64,000 nt of DNA from an uncultured Opitutales bacterium (GCA_964405825.1 CAYOPI010000002.1:32728-96727); one strand, 5' to 3'. Positions 48,663 through 62,769 are shown, counted from the first letter of the stretch. Numbers and translations: made by a program. Notes: generated from the sequence alone by a model not told the origin.

Positions 48663-49928
48663 ATGGCACATCGATTCTGGATTCGCTTCTGCCTGACTCT
48701 CTTCGCTGCCGCGAGCCTGACCCCGTCGCTTCAGGCCCGCCTGGACTACGACCCCGAAACCGGCTGGTACGACACCGAAGGCCCCATCCGCTCGTACCTC
48801 TCGCCCGAAGACCAGGCCAAGGCCCTCGAGTTGATGAACGATGCCGCGCGCAAGCAGGCCCGAGGCAATCTTGGCGGGGCCATCACCCGTTACCGAAGGG
48901 TCGCCAAGCGCTACCCCGAGTCCATCTTCGCCCCCGAAGCACGCCTGCAGGCCGGCCGCCTCTACCTGCAGCGCAACCAGTTTGAGAAGGGTTTCCGCGA
49001 GTTTGCCGAGATCCTCGGGCGCTATCCCGAATACCCGAAGTTTCAGGAGGTCATCGCCGGCCAGTACGCGATCGCCGAACGCATGGCCCGCGGCGAACGC
49101 CCGCGCCTGTGGGGCGTCATCCCCGGCTTCCGCAACTACCCCGACGCGCTCAACTACTACGAGCGCGTCGTCAACAATGCCCCCTACGCCGAGACCGCGC
49201 CCCGCGCCCTGCTCGAGCAGGCCCGCCTGGCCGAACGCCAGGATGAACCCGGCATCACCATCGACGCCCTCGACCGCATCATCAACCTCTACCCCGAGAG
49301 CGCCGAGGCCCCCGACGCCTACCTCATGCTGGCCGATACCTTCGCCGGACAGGTGAAGGGACCGTGGTACGACCAGGGCCCAACCCGCGAGGCCATCAGC
49401 TACTACCGCGACTTCCTCATTCTTTTTCCGCGCCACCGCGAGGTGCCCGGCGCCGAGTCCAATCTCTCCCAGATGCGCAACGTCAACGCCGGCAGCAAGT
49501 ATCTCCTCGGCGATTTCTACTACCGAAAGCGCGACAACCCGATCGCCGCCCTGACCTTCTACAACGCCGCGATCACCGTCGACCCCGAGTCCGAGTACGC
49601 CGAACGCTCCCGTGAGGCCATCGCCACCATTCGCGAAGGCAAGCTCGCGCGCCGCACGCCGGTGGACTGGCTCTTCCCGGAATTCCGCAACCCCGATCGT
49701 GAGCCCTTCCAGCGGATCATGCAGGGCCTGGAGGAACCCGACCTCTTCGAGCCCGAGAGCCTGCCCGAGGAACCCGCGCGACCGGCCACACCCTCACCGC
49801 TGGCCGAAGGCGTTGAGGTCGACCGCGGCGATGAGGCCGATCCCCAGGACGAGGCAGCCCCGGCCCCGCCCGTGCCGGTCGAGCAGGTACCCGACCGCGA
49901 GCCCGCGCCCATCCGCTACCGTCGTTAG
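48663..49928 (+). CDS. TPR-type BamD/YfiO-like outer-membrane assembly protein
   Basis: The start is at MAHRFWIRFCLTLFAAASLTPSLQA (signal peptide) within ORF 48627..49928. It has repeated helical YP-type TPR units (VAKRYPESIFAPEARLQAGRLYL, ILGRYPEYPKF, VVNNAPYAETAPRALL, INLYPESAEAPDAYL, FLILFPRH) and a Pro/Glu-rich tail. There is no obvious lipobox. Confidence 0.5.
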   Translation: MAHRFWIRFCLTLFAAASLTPSLQARLDYDPETGWYDTEGPIRSYLSPEDQAKALELMNDAARKQARGNLGGAITRYRRVAKRYPESIFAPEARLQAGRLYLQRNQFEKGFREFAEILGRYPEYPKFQEVIAGQYAIAERMARGERPRLWGVIPGFRNYPDALNYYERVVNNAPYAETAPRALLEQARLAERQDEPGITIDALDRIINLYPESAEAPDAYLMLADTFAGQVKGPWYDQGPTREAISYYRDFLILFPRHREVPGAESNLSQMRNVNAGSKYLLGDFYYRKRDNPIAALTFYNAAITVDPESEYAERSREAIATIREGKLARRTPVDWLFPEFRNPDREPFQRIMQGLEEPDLFEPESLPEEPARPATPSPLAEGVEVDRGDEADPQDEAAPAPPVPVEQVPDREPAPIRYRR

Positions 49929-49933
49929 TTCGC

Positions 49934-50455
49934 GTGAGCCTTCGCCGCCTTCGCACCGCCGGCTGGATCTGGCTGACCCTGGGAGCCGCCCTGCTGACTT
50001 CCGGCTGCGCGCACTACGCACTGGACGCCCCAGGCGAGCTGCCCTTCCGCACCGTCTACGTGGAACCGGTGAAGAATCGCACCTACGCCCCGCAAGCGCA
50101 GGAATTGCTCACCCGCCAACTGATCACCGACCTGCGCCAGGCCGGCGTCACGACCGTCGCCTCACCCACCGGAGCCGACGCCACCCTGACCGTCACCCTG
50201 GCCGACTTCCAGCGCCTCGGCACCGCCACACAGGCCGCCGACACCGGTCTGGCCGCCAGTTACCTCCTCGTGCTGGAAGCCGATTGCTCCCTGATCGCCC
50301 GCAACGGCAACGCCTACTTTGAAGATCGCCGGATCCTCGCCCGCGAGCAGATCTTCCTCGACTCCGGCCAGCAGCCCGCCGAGTTCCAGGCCATGCCCGT
50401 GCTCACGCGCACGCTTGCCGGCAACATCGCCGACGCCGTCACCAGCACCTGGTAG
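49934..50455 (+). CDS. LptE-like lipoprotein
   Basis: 173 aa with a GTG start. The lipobox is LLTSGC. FRTVYVEPVKNRTYAPQAQELLTRQLITDLRQAG resembles the LptE N-terminal pattern. The assignment is tentative. Confidence 0.45.
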   Translation: MSLRRLRTAGWIWLTLGAALLTSGCAHYALDAPGELPFRTVYVEPVKNRTYAPQAQELLTRQLITDLRQAGVTTVASPTGADATLTVTLADFQRLGTATQAADTGLAASYLLVLEADCSLIARNGNAYFEDRRILAREQIFLDSGQQPAEFQAMPVLTRTLAGNIADAVTSTW

Positions 50456-50470
50456 ACCGATCCGACCGCC

Positions 50471-51142
50471 ATGCCCCAGCAGCCACCGCGTCTCGCTCCC
50501 TCCATCCTCGCCGGCAACCACGCCGCCCTCGGCGATTCGGCCGCGCTCTGCCAGCAAACCGAAGGCGTAGAGTGGCTGCACCTGGATATCATGGACGGGC
50601 ACTTCGTCCCCAATCTTACCTTCGGTCCGCAGACCCTGCGCGACCTGCGCCCACATGCTCCCGACCTCTTTTTCGACACCCACCTGATGCTGGACAACCC
50701 CGACCGCCACCTCGATGCCTTCATCGACGCCGGTGCCCAGCTCATCACCATCCACGTCGAACCCGCTGCCGTCTACGATGTGCCGACCACGCTGCGTCGC
50801 CTGAAGGAGAAGGGCATTCAGCGTGGCATCGCTCTGAATCCCGGCACACCCATTTCTACGGTCCGGCCTTTCCTCGACCGGGTCGAACTTGTGCTCGTGA
50901 TGACCGTGCAGCCCGGTTTTGGCGGACAGGCCTTCCAGGAGCACTGCATCGAAAAGGTCGCCCAGGTGCACGAGTGGCGCGAGAAAGCCGGCCTGAGCTT
51001 CCGCATCGAAGTTGACGGGGGCGTCGACGCCGAAAACGGCGCTCGCTGCCGCGACGCTGGCGCGGACACCTTCGTCTGCGGCACCGCTTTCTTCAAGGCC
51101 CCCGACAAGGCCGCCTTCACCCGCCAGCTGCAGAGCGACTAG
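50471..51142 (+). CDS. rpe: ribulose-phosphate 3-epimerase
   Basis: 223 aa. LAPSILAGNHAAL...WLHLDIMDGHFVPNLTFGP...DTHLM...ITIHVE...GIALNPGTP...VLVMTVQPGFGGQAF...IEVDGG. Confidence 0.9.
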   Translation: MPQQPPRLAPSILAGNHAALGDSAALCQQTEGVEWLHLDIMDGHFVPNLTFGPQTLRDLRPHAPDLFFDTHLMLDNPDRHLDAFIDAGAQLITIHVEPAAVYDVPTTLRRLKEKGIQRGIALNPGTPISTVRPFLDRVELVLVMTVQPGFGGQAFQEHCIEKVAQVHEWREKAGLSFRIEVDGGVDAENGARCRDAGADTFVCGTAFFKAPDKAAFTRQLQSD

Positions 51143-51170
51143 GCCGAATGCTTCGGCCAGCTGCTTTTGG
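51142..51170 (+). terminator. possible terminator after rpe
   Basis: GGCCGAA-tgc-TTCGGCC, a 7-bp stem (51142..51158) starting at the last base of the stop codon. The T-run (CTTTTGG) begins only 6 nt later, so the geometry is not ideal. Confidence 0.3.
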
Positions 51171-51212
51171 CTTGTCAGACACCACGGCCGACCGGCTCGC
51201 TAGAGGGCGCCG

Positions 51213-52583
51213 ATGAACGTTCTCTACCTGCACATGCATGACATGGGCCGCTACAACAGCGCCTACGGTCACAACCTGCCCACCCCTCGCATTCAGGCTT
51301 TTGCCGAGCAGGGCACGCTCTTTCGCCAGGGCTTCTGCAACGCGCCGACCTGCTCGCCCAGCCGCACGGCCCTGCTCTCGGGCTTCACCGCGCACCAGGC
51401 CGGCATGACGGGCCTGGTCAACCGCGGCTCCTCGATGAAGGCTCAAGACCCGCACCTGGCCCGTTTCCTTCGCAGCCACGGCTACGAGACCGTCCTCGGC
51501 GGCGTCCAGCACGAGTTCAAGCCCGACCAGATGGACGCCTTCTACGACGTGCGCCTCAAGTGGCGCGATGATCGGCCCACCCACGAGGACGAGTACCCCA
51601 ACGCCTCGGAAAAGTGCACCGACATCCGCGTGGCCGAAAGCGTGGCGGCCTACCTGCGCGAGCGCACCGGCGATCAGCCCTTTTTTCTGAGCTACGGACT
51701 CATCATGCCGCACCGCAAACTCTTCGACGCGCGCGGGCTGAAGGAACGCTACAACCCCGACTACGTCACCGTGCCCCCGCCGCTGCCCGACGTGCCCGAG
51801 GTGCGCCAGGATATGGCCGACTACGCCTGCACCATGGCCTACGTCGACCACTGCGTGGGCATTGTCCTGGACGCGCTCCAGGAGACCGGTCTGGCGGAAC
51901 AGACCCTGGTCTTCCTCACCACCGACCACGGCATCGCCTTCCCCTGGATGAAGTGCAACCTGACCGATCACGGCACCGGCGTCACTTACTGCATCCGCTA
52001 CCCGGGCAACCCCACGGCCGGCTCGGCCACCGATGCTCTTGTTTCCCATCTGGATTTTTTTCCGACCGTCTGCGATCTGCTCGGGCTCGACCCGCCCGGA
52101 CATCTCCTGGGCAAGTCCCTGCGGCCCGTCCTCGAAGGCAAGGCCACCGAACACCAGGAAGAGCTCTTTGCGGAAGTCAGCTACCACGCCGCCTACGAAC
52201 CCATGCGTAGTGTGCGCACCCGCCGCTGGAAACTGATCCGGCTCTTTGAGGAGGGCGGCGACTACCGGCGGCCCTTCGCCAACATCGACGCCTCCTACAG
52301 CAAGGACGTGGTCATCGAAGCCGGCCTGCAGGACGTGCCGCGCGACCCCGTCCAGCTCTACGATCTCGTGCTTGACCCGGTGGAACGCAACAACCTGGCC
52401 GACTCACCCGAGCACGCCGCCATCCTCAAGGACATGTCCGCCCGCCTCGATCGTTGGATGCGCGAAACCGACGACCCGCTGCTTCAGGGTCCGGTCAAAA
52501 TGACCCCGACCGCGCGGATCAACAAGCGTCACCACATCGGGCCCAACGTCGAGGACGACTTCGAGCCGCTGGACCTTCGCTGA
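51213..52583 (+). CDS. sulfatase family protein (no signal peptide)
   Basis: 456 aa. The formylglycine motif context is CNAPTCSPSRTALLSGF. The sulfatase core begins at residue 2 (MNVLYLHMHDMGRY). TTDHG and further sulfatase-fold motifs are present. Confidence 0.85.
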   Translation: MNVLYLHMHDMGRYNSAYGHNLPTPRIQAFAEQGTLFRQGFCNAPTCSPSRTALLSGFTAHQAGMTGLVNRGSSMKAQDPHLARFLRSHGYETVLGGVQHEFKPDQMDAFYDVRLKWRDDRPTHEDEYPNASEKCTDIRVAESVAAYLRERTGDQPFFLSYGLIMPHRKLFDARGLKERYNPDYVTVPPPLPDVPEVRQDMADYACTMAYVDHCVGIVLDALQETGLAEQTLVFLTTDHGIAFPWMKCNLTDHGTGVTYCIRYPGNPTAGSATDALVSHLDFFPTVCDLLGLDPPGHLLGKSLRPVLEGKATEHQEELFAEVSYHAAYEPMRSVRTRRWKLIRLFEEGGDYRRPFANIDASYSKDVVIEAGLQDVPRDPVQLYDLVLDPVERNNLADSPEHAAILKDMSARLDRWMRETDDPLLQGPVKMTPTARINKRHHIGPNVEDDFEPLDLR

Positions 52584-52593
52584 GCCGCCCGGC

Positions 52594-53673
52594 CTAGGCC
52601 GATCGCGCCGCCGGTTCGGGCGTGGCCACAGGCTCACGCAGGACGCGGTTGGCCGCCTCGATGTCGCGCTGGCAACGCGCCTCCAGATCGTGCCCGAAGG
52701 CATCGCAGGCGATCCGGATCGCATTCTGGATGTAGGCGCGGTTGCTCGAGCCGTGCGCCTTCACCACCAGCCCGCGCACCCCCAGCAGCGGCGCCCCCGC
52801 GTAGGGCGTGGGATCCAGGCTCTGCTTGAGGCTGTTGAAGGCGCCGCGGGCCAGGAAAGCCCCGGTCATGCGCAACGGGTTGGCCTTCAACTCGTCCTTC
52901 AAAAAGTCCTTCATCATGAAGAAGGCCGACTCGAGCCCCTTCAGCAGCACGTTGCCGGCAAACCCGTCGATCAGGCAGACGTCCACCGTGTCGCGGAAAA
53001 TCTGGAAGCCTTCGATCGGCCCGACGTAATTGACCAGATCGCCGCAGCGCTTGAGCAGTTCGTGCGTGCGGGTGGCCTTGTCGTTGCCCTTGCCTTCCTC
53101 GGTGCCGATCGTCAGCAGGCCCACCCGCGGGCGCTCCAGATTCAGCACGGCTTTCAGGTAGCCCGAACCCAGGATGGCGTGCTGCACCAGTCGCTCGGGG
53201 GTGGGGTCAGGATTGGCTCCGGCGTCGATCAACAGGAACTGATGATTGCGGCTGGGAATGATCGACCCCAGCGCCGCCCGCTCGATGCCCGGCATCCGTC
53301 GTAAAATCAACGTGCCCGCTGCAACCAGAGCACCGGTGTTGCCGCAGCTCAGCGCCACCTGCGCGCGGCCGTCGCGGACCAGCTCCACCGCCCGCACCAT
53401 CGACGAGTCCTTCTTCTGCTTGATCGAGGGAATGGCCTTTTCGTCCATCCCGATCACCTCGCTGGCGTGATGCAGCCCGATGCGCTTGTGACCGTTAAGG
53501 CCCTTCGCCCGCAGCAGATTTTCCAGGCGCGCCTTGTCGCCGACCAAAACCATCTCGCGGGCCTGCGGCACGGCCTCCAGCGCCAGCGAAACCGCCTCGA
53601 TCACTTCCTCGGGACCCCGATCGCCACCCATCGCATCGATCGCCACTGTGGCCCCTGTTTCCATCCCCGCCAT
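52594..53673 (-). CDS. plsX: phosphate acyltransferase PlsX
   Basis: VAIDAMGGDRGPEEVIEA...HASEVIGMDE...ALVSCGNTGALVAAG...IPGIERAAL...GNVLLK...GAPLLGVRGLVVKAHGSS. The start is uncertain: MAGMETG at 53673 or METG at 53664 within ORF 52594..53718. Confidence 0.9.
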   Translation of the reverse strand: MAGMETGATVAIDAMGGDRGPEEVIEAVSLALEAVPQAREMVLVGDKARLENLLRAKGLNGHKRIGLHHASEVIGMDEKAIPSIKQKKDSSMVRAVELVRDGRAQVALSCGNTGALVAAGTLILRRMPGIERAALGSIIPSRNHQFLLIDAGANPDPTPERLVQHAILGSGYLKAVLNLERPRVGLLTIGTEEGKGNDKATRTHELLKRCGDLVNYVGPIEGFQIFRDTVDVCLIDGFAGNVLLKGLESAFFMMKDFLKDELKANPLRMTGAFLARGAFNSLKQSLDPTPYAGAPLLGVRGLVVKAHGSSNRAYIQNAIRIACDAFGHDLEARCQRDIEAANRVLREPVATPEPAARSA

Positions 53674-53771
53674 AGAACACTGACTACTCAAACATCGCCG
53701 CCCGGAAGCGGTCCACACAAAAGCGCCTGATCCCGTTGACCAGCCGCCTTCAACCGACCCGTGCGGGCGAC

Positions 53772-53951
53772 CTAAAGTTCCACGTCCAGCACCTGGCGAC
53801 CGCGGTACATCCCGTTGTTGGGATTGACGCGGTGCGGCACGAAAGCGGTACCGTCGGTCGGGTCCTTGGCCAACTGGGGCGCCTTGAAACGATTCGCGCC
53901 GCGGCGTTTGCGGCTGCGCTGCTTGGACTGTTTACGTTTGGGCTGGGCCAT
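53772..53951 (-). CDS. rpmF: 50S ribosomal protein L32
   Basis: An internal ATG (53951) gives MAQPKRKQSKQRSRKRRGANRFKAPQLAKDPTDGTAFVPHRVNPNNGMYRGRQVLDVEL (59 aa). It lies upstream of plsX, as in many bacteria. Confidence 0.9.
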   Translation of the reverse strand: MAQPKRKQSKQRSRKRRGANRFKAPQLAKDPTDGTAFVPHRVNPNNGMYRGRQVLDVEL

Positions 53952-54106
53952 GGCTCTTTTCGGGGGAAACGAAGAGCAAAACAACTCCCGCCCTGCCTGT
54001 CAAGCCGGCGACAGGTCCTGATTAGTGCCGCAAGATGGCCTCCACGACCATCCCGGTAGCCTCATCGAGGCTGGCAGCGAATCCGGCAATCGCCCAGTCG
54101 ACGGAT

Positions 54107-54658
54107 TCAATAGGTCAGCTCGTCCTTGGAGCGGTGCGCCGCCGCGACCTTGATGTACTTCTCGGCCCAATAGCGCAGGTTGGCTTGGTCCGGTTCGCTC
54201 AGCGTCTTGACCACCTTGGCCGGCACGCCCATCACCACCGAGCCCGGCGGCACCCGCATCCCTTTGGTCACCAGCGAATGCGCGCCGATCACGCTGCGCC
54301 GGCCGATCACCGCCTCGTCCAGCACCGTGGCGTGCATGCCAATGAGGCACTCGTCCTCAATCGTGCAGGCGTGAATCATCGCCAGGTGCCCGATCGTCAC
54401 GTAATTGCCCACCCGCACGCCAAAGTCGTCGGAAAGGTGCATCACGCAACCGTCCTGCACGTTCGACCCCTCACCGATGGAGATGCTGTTGATGTCCGCA
54501 CGCAGCACACTGCCCGGCCAAACACTCGCGTACGCACCCAAGGTCACCGCACCGATCACCGTTGCGTACGGGGACACGTAGGCGGATGGATCAATCCTGG
54601 GCTCCTGACTCAGAAAGCGCTTCAAACGCGCCTCCACGCTTTCCTCGTGATCGATCAT
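54107..54658 (-). CDS. gamma-class carbonic anhydrase-like hexapeptide-repeat protein (YrdA/PaaY family)
   Basis: 183 aa. It has a left-handed beta-helix repeat pattern with IDPSAYVSPYATVIGAVTLG, VWPGSVLRADINSISIGEGSNVQDGCVMH, GHLAMIHACTIEDECLIGMHATV and PAKVVK. Confidence 0.85.
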   Translation of the reverse strand: MIDHEESVEARLKRFLSQEPRIDPSAYVSPYATVIGAVTLGAYASVWPGSVLRADINSISIGEGSNVQDGCVMHLSDDFGVRVGNYVTIGHLAMIHACTIEDECLIGMHATVLDEAVIGRRSVIGAHSLVTKGMRVPPGSVVMGVPAKVVKTLSEPDQANLRYWAEKYIKVAAAHRSKDELTY

Positions 54659-54698
54659 CGACCCCTACTCAATCCCCTCCGCCAGCGCTGGCAAGGTA

Positions 54699-55808
54699 AT
54701 GCGGTCCCCATTTGATCCGGAGCACGGGATTGCCCTGCCCGCCGCGATCGCACAGCCTGCTCCCTCCGTGCTCCCACTCACATTACCTTGCATCTTCTTC
54801 GCGCTGGGCCTGCTCTCCAGCGCCCACGCACGGGACGAGCCCACGACCGACGCCACCGTCCCGGTCGAGCCTTCGCCCGTGGTGGTCAGTCCGGATGCCT
54901 CCGTCGACGCCACGGTTGAGCCGCAACGCAGCGAGTCGGTCTTCGTCCGCGCGGGGGAGGAGGTCTTCGACGGGATTCAGGACGAGGACTACGCCTTCGA
55001 GCAGGGCGAGATCGAGGGCCTGCTGGAGAACGACCTGCCCCCGACCGAGCCCAAGGGCAGCGTCTCCATCGAGGTCGAGCCCAGCTTTCAGGATGCGCTC
55101 GAGGAGGACTTCGTGCGCGTTCCGGTGCGCCTGCGCTACGGCTTCACCGACCACATCGAAGGCTTCATCGGCGTCTCGGCCTTCTTCGCCAACCCCCAGG
55201 GCGATGCCCGGGGCAACGACCTCAGCGCCTTCCTCTTTGGCGCGAAATACCGCTGGCACGACAGCATCAATCCCTTTGACACCGTCGACATCGCCACCGG
55301 CGTGGACGTCTCCATTTCCCTGCGCGACGAGCCGATCGAAGTCGCCGACGGCCTCCACCGCATCGAACCCTTCATCGTCTTCTCCCGGCCCTCCGACCTC
55401 ATTCCCAACCTCACCTATTTCCTCAATCTGGGCTTCGACATCGCCATCGACGACTCCGGCGACGATGCCGCGCCCGCCGGCGACAACACCGACACCTCGG
55501 CCACGCTCAGCCCCGGCATGTACTACAACTGGGGCCGCTTTGTCTTCGCCGTGCGCGTGGACTACGAGAACGACACCTGGGCCGGCGGCAACACCGAGAC
55601 CATCTTCATCGAGCCGGGCCTGCGTTACGCCATTCCGCGCAAGGCCACCTCCTGGCTCTTTCCCGGCGAGTGGATCGCCGGAGCTTCCATCCGCCGCGGT
55701 CTGCTCGATGCCAGTTCCGAAACCGAGTACGCCCTGACCCTCGAGTGGGACGTCGATCTCTCCCAGATCTGGAACCGCCTCTCCGGCAAGCCCGACAAGG
55801 AGGACTGA
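54699..55808 (+). CDS. hypothetical secreted / outer-membrane beta-rich protein
   Basis: 369 aa. It has a signal-peptide-like LPLTLPCIFFALGLLSSAHA, an acidic Pro/Val/Glu linker, then alternating hydrophobic beta-strand-like segments (VRLRYGFTDHIEGFIGVSAFF, FLFGAKYRW, FIVFSR, YFLNLGFDIAI, FVFAVRVDYE, IFIEPGLRYAI). The overlapping frame 54712..55737 is Pro/Arg/Ser shadow sequence. The start is uncertain. Confidence 0.6.
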   Translation: MRSPFDPEHGIALPAAIAQPAPSVLPLTLPCIFFALGLLSSAHARDEPTTDATVPVEPSPVVVSPDASVDATVEPQRSESVFVRAGEEVFDGIQDEDYAFEQGEIEGLLENDLPPTEPKGSVSIEVEPSFQDALEEDFVRVPVRLRYGFTDHIEGFIGVSAFFANPQGDARGNDLSAFLFGAKYRWHDSINPFDTVDIATGVDVSISLRDEPIEVADGLHRIEPFIVFSRPSDLIPNLTYFLNLGFDIAIDDSGDDAAPAGDNTDTSATLSPGMYYNWGRFVFAVRVDYENDTWAGGNTETIFIEPGLRYAIPRKATSWLFPGEWIAGASIRRGLLDASSETEYALTLEWDVDLSQIWNRLSGKPDKED

Positions 55809-55880
55809 AACCTCAATTGAGCCTGGACCCGGCGCCCGTCCCCGAAGAACGAAAGCCGAAGCCCTGCAGTGCCGGCGTGG

Positions 55881-57785
55881 TCAATCGCCCCGCGCTGAAC
55901 GCACCAGTTGCAGGGCGTCCTCGGCCGGCGGGTTCTGCGCCCACATCGCCAGGTAACCGGCCAGGTTCTCGTGGCCCATGTACGCGCCCAACAGCTTCGG
56001 ATCGCTGCGCAGGAAATCCACCACGATCAGCCCGTCGAGCGCGTAGTTGAAATCCGGATCGACGTTGAAGCTGATGATCTGCCCGCGCATGCGCAGGTAA
56101 TGCCGCAGCAGCGTCGGCGCGCCCTTGTGGTCGGTCTCCACCTCCGAGATGACCGCCGACACATCGTCGATGTCGCGCGCACCGGTCAGCAGGGAGTGCT
56201 TCTCGGCCCCGCGCAGACGGCCCTTGGGCGGACGCTTGGCCTTCACCAGCCGGCGCAGCGGCGAGAAAACCGACTCGCCCACCTGCTGCCGCAGAAACTG
56301 CACCATCAAGTCGCGCGATATGCTCTGGTACTCGCTGGTGATGCTGACCGGGCCAAAAAGCACGTGGTATCGAGGATTCTGATACACAAACAGGCAGATG
56401 CCCCGCCACAGCAAAAAGAGCGAGGCGTGCTTTTTCTGGTACTCCGAAACGATGAAGGAACGGCCCAGTTCCACCCCGTTTTGGAGCGCGTCGTAAAAGC
56501 CCGGCTTGAAGCGAAACAAGGTCGAGGAATACAGCCCGCTGCGCCCGTGCGACTTCAGGATCTCGTCCACCGCCCCCATCCGGTACGCGCCCACGATGGC
56601 CTGCGCCTCGCGGTCCCACACAAACAGGTGCCGGTAGTAGGCGTCGAAGCGGTCCAGGTCCTGCGAACGGCCCGTGCCCTCGTATATCTCGCGGAAGGTG
56701 ACCTCGCGCAGCCGGCCGATCTCCTGCAGCACATTCGGAATCTCGTCGGCCTGCACGCAGAACACCTCAAAGCGGTTGTGCTCGACCAGGCGATGCTCAG
56801 GTCCCAGGGCCGCCACGTCAGCCGCCAGCAACGCCTTGTCCACCGGCGGGGCGACCGGCTCAAAGCGCGCCACCGGGTCCCGCGGGCGTCGCTTCAGGGG
56901 AAATCGCCGCCGGGGCTTGCGTGCGTCTTCGGAGCGCTTGCGCAACACGTAGGTCTTCAGCCGCAGAAATTCCGTCAGCGCTTCCTCGGTCGGGAAGTCC
57001 GTCAGCTGCCGGTAGGGAATGGGGTTGCCCACGCGTACCTCAACGGTGCTGTGCTGCATGCGCACCATCTCGCGCGGCAGAAGCGCCGTTCGCAGGCGTT
57101 CGTGCAACAGCCCGGCCAGCTGAAACGACCACGAGTTTTGCCCGGGAAAGTACACCGGCAAGACCGTCGGCTGGGCCAGGCGCACCAGTTTGGCGGTGCG
57201 GTCCAGCCACTGCGGATCGGTCACCTGGCGCGGGCCCAGGTGCAGGTGCGAAACCGTGCCCGAGGGAAAGGTCCCGACCATCCCTCCATCGCGCAGGTGC
57301 CGCACCGCCTGCTTGATCCCGCGCAGGTTCTTCGTCGCCGCAGCGGTCCCGCCGAAGGGATCGACCGAGAAGATCCACGGCTGAATCTCCGGCATGCGCG
57401 CCAGCAGAAAATTCACCAGAAGGCGCACGTCCGGGCGCACCGCCGAAAGAATCGCCCCGAGCACCACCCCGTCGATCGCCCCAAAAGGATGGTTTGAGAC
57501 CACCAGGACACCTCCCGAGGGCGGGATCTTCGCCAGATCCTCGTCGGTGATCTCAAAGGTCAGGTCCAGGCGGTTGAGCGAGTCGTAGAAAAAATTCTTG
57601 GTCCGCCCGGCCTGAGCGTCGGCGTGCAGCGCTCGGTAACCCGTGTTGAGGGTATGGACACCCAGCAGGCGATCCAGCAGCGGCGAGGCCACACGGTAGG
57701 CCAGCCTGCCCGCGGCGGTCGGCACCGCCTGGCTCAGGTCGATTAACTTCGGCTGCTGGCTTCCCTCGCTCATGCGTCTGACCAT
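55881..57785 (-). CDS. bifunctional acyltransferase, OlsF-like (PlsC-type acyltransferase plus OlsB/GNAT-type N-acyltransferase)
   Basis: The N-terminal half contains VLVVSNHPFGAIDGVVL (an acyltransferase H-x-D type motif). The C-terminal half contains LREVTFREIYEGTGRSQDLDRFDAYYRHLFVWDREAQAIVGAYRM, as in N-acyl amino acid synthase/OlsB-like GNATs. The start is uncertain: MVRRMSEG at 57785 or MSEG at 57773; the ORF track gives 57908. Confidence 0.7.
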   Translation of the reverse strand: MVRRMSEGSQQPKLIDLSQAVPTAAGRLAYRVASPLLDRLLGVHTLNTGYRALHADAQAGRTKNFFYDSLNRLDLTFEITDEDLAKIPPSGGVLVVSNHPFGAIDGVVLGAILSAVRPDVRLLVNFLLARMPEIQPWIFSVDPFGGTAAATKNLRGIKQAVRHLRDGGMVGTFPSGTVSHLHLGPRQVTDPQWLDRTAKLVRLAQPTVLPVYFPGQNSWSFQLAGLLHERLRTALLPREMVRMQHSTVEVRVGNPIPYRQLTDFPTEEALTEFLRLKTYVLRKRSEDARKPRRRFPLKRRPRDPVARFEPVAPPVDKALLAADVAALGPEHRLVEHNRFEVFCVQADEIPNVLQEIGRLREVTFREIYEGTGRSQDLDRFDAYYRHLFVWDREAQAIVGAYRMGAVDEILKSHGRSGLYSSTLFRFKPGFYDALQNGVELGRSFIVSEYQKKHASLFLLWRGICLFVYQNPRYHVLFGPVSITSEYQSISRDLMVQFLRQQVGESVFSPLRRLVKAKRPPKGRLRGAEKHSLLTGARDIDDVSAVISEVETDHKGAPTLLRHYLRMRGQIISFNVDPDFNYALDGLIVVDFLRSDPKLLGAYMGHENLAGYLAMWAQNPPAEDALQLVRSARGD

Positions 57786-57975
57786 GGGTCCGCCGGAGCA
57801 ACGCCGGGTTCCCTGACCTCGTGCACCTTCCTCGCGGCACCTTCCTGGCACCGTCGGGCGCGCTCCCACCTTTTCGGCAAGAATCCTTCGTTTACCCCAC
57901 AGGGTCAATGCTATACGGATTTCGCTCCCGAACCGCCGTTGTCAAGTCCAGCGCGAGCCCCTTCACTCCCCGCTC

Positions 57976-59433
<1,458 letters not shown>

Positions 59434-59474
59434 ACGCAGCGACAACGCCTTGCCTCCGCCTCAGGCAGGAATGC

Positions 59475-62708
<3,234 letters not shown>

Positions 62709-62709
<1 letters not shown>

Positions 62710-62765
62710 ACTTGTCTCAAGCTTCCTTACAAGTCTGCCGGACTTGTCTCAGGCTTCGTCACAAG
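62709..62765. repeat. tandem imperfect 25-bp direct repeat, each copy containing a 5-bp inverted repeat
   Basis: GACTTGTCTCAAGCTTCCTTACAAG (62709..62733) and GACTTGTCTCAGGCTTCGTCACAAG (62741..62765) match at 22/25 positions with a period of 32 bp. Each copy carries CTTGT...ACAAG arms. The pair fills the convergent pyrG/marR gap. Confidence 0.6.
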
Positions 62766-62769
62766 GGTG

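Noticed and set aside
54712-55737. 341-aa + strand ORF in an alternative frame of 54699..55808.
   Set aside because: It is a Pro/Ser/Thr/Arg/Ala-rich translation without hydrophobic structure. The 54699 frame has a signal peptide and beta-strand periodicity.
57846-57861. TGGCACCGTCGGGCGC on the + strand upstream of the sulfatase gene at 57976.
   Set aside because: The GC element is one position early (GG-N9-GC), so this is not a valid -24/-12 arrangement.
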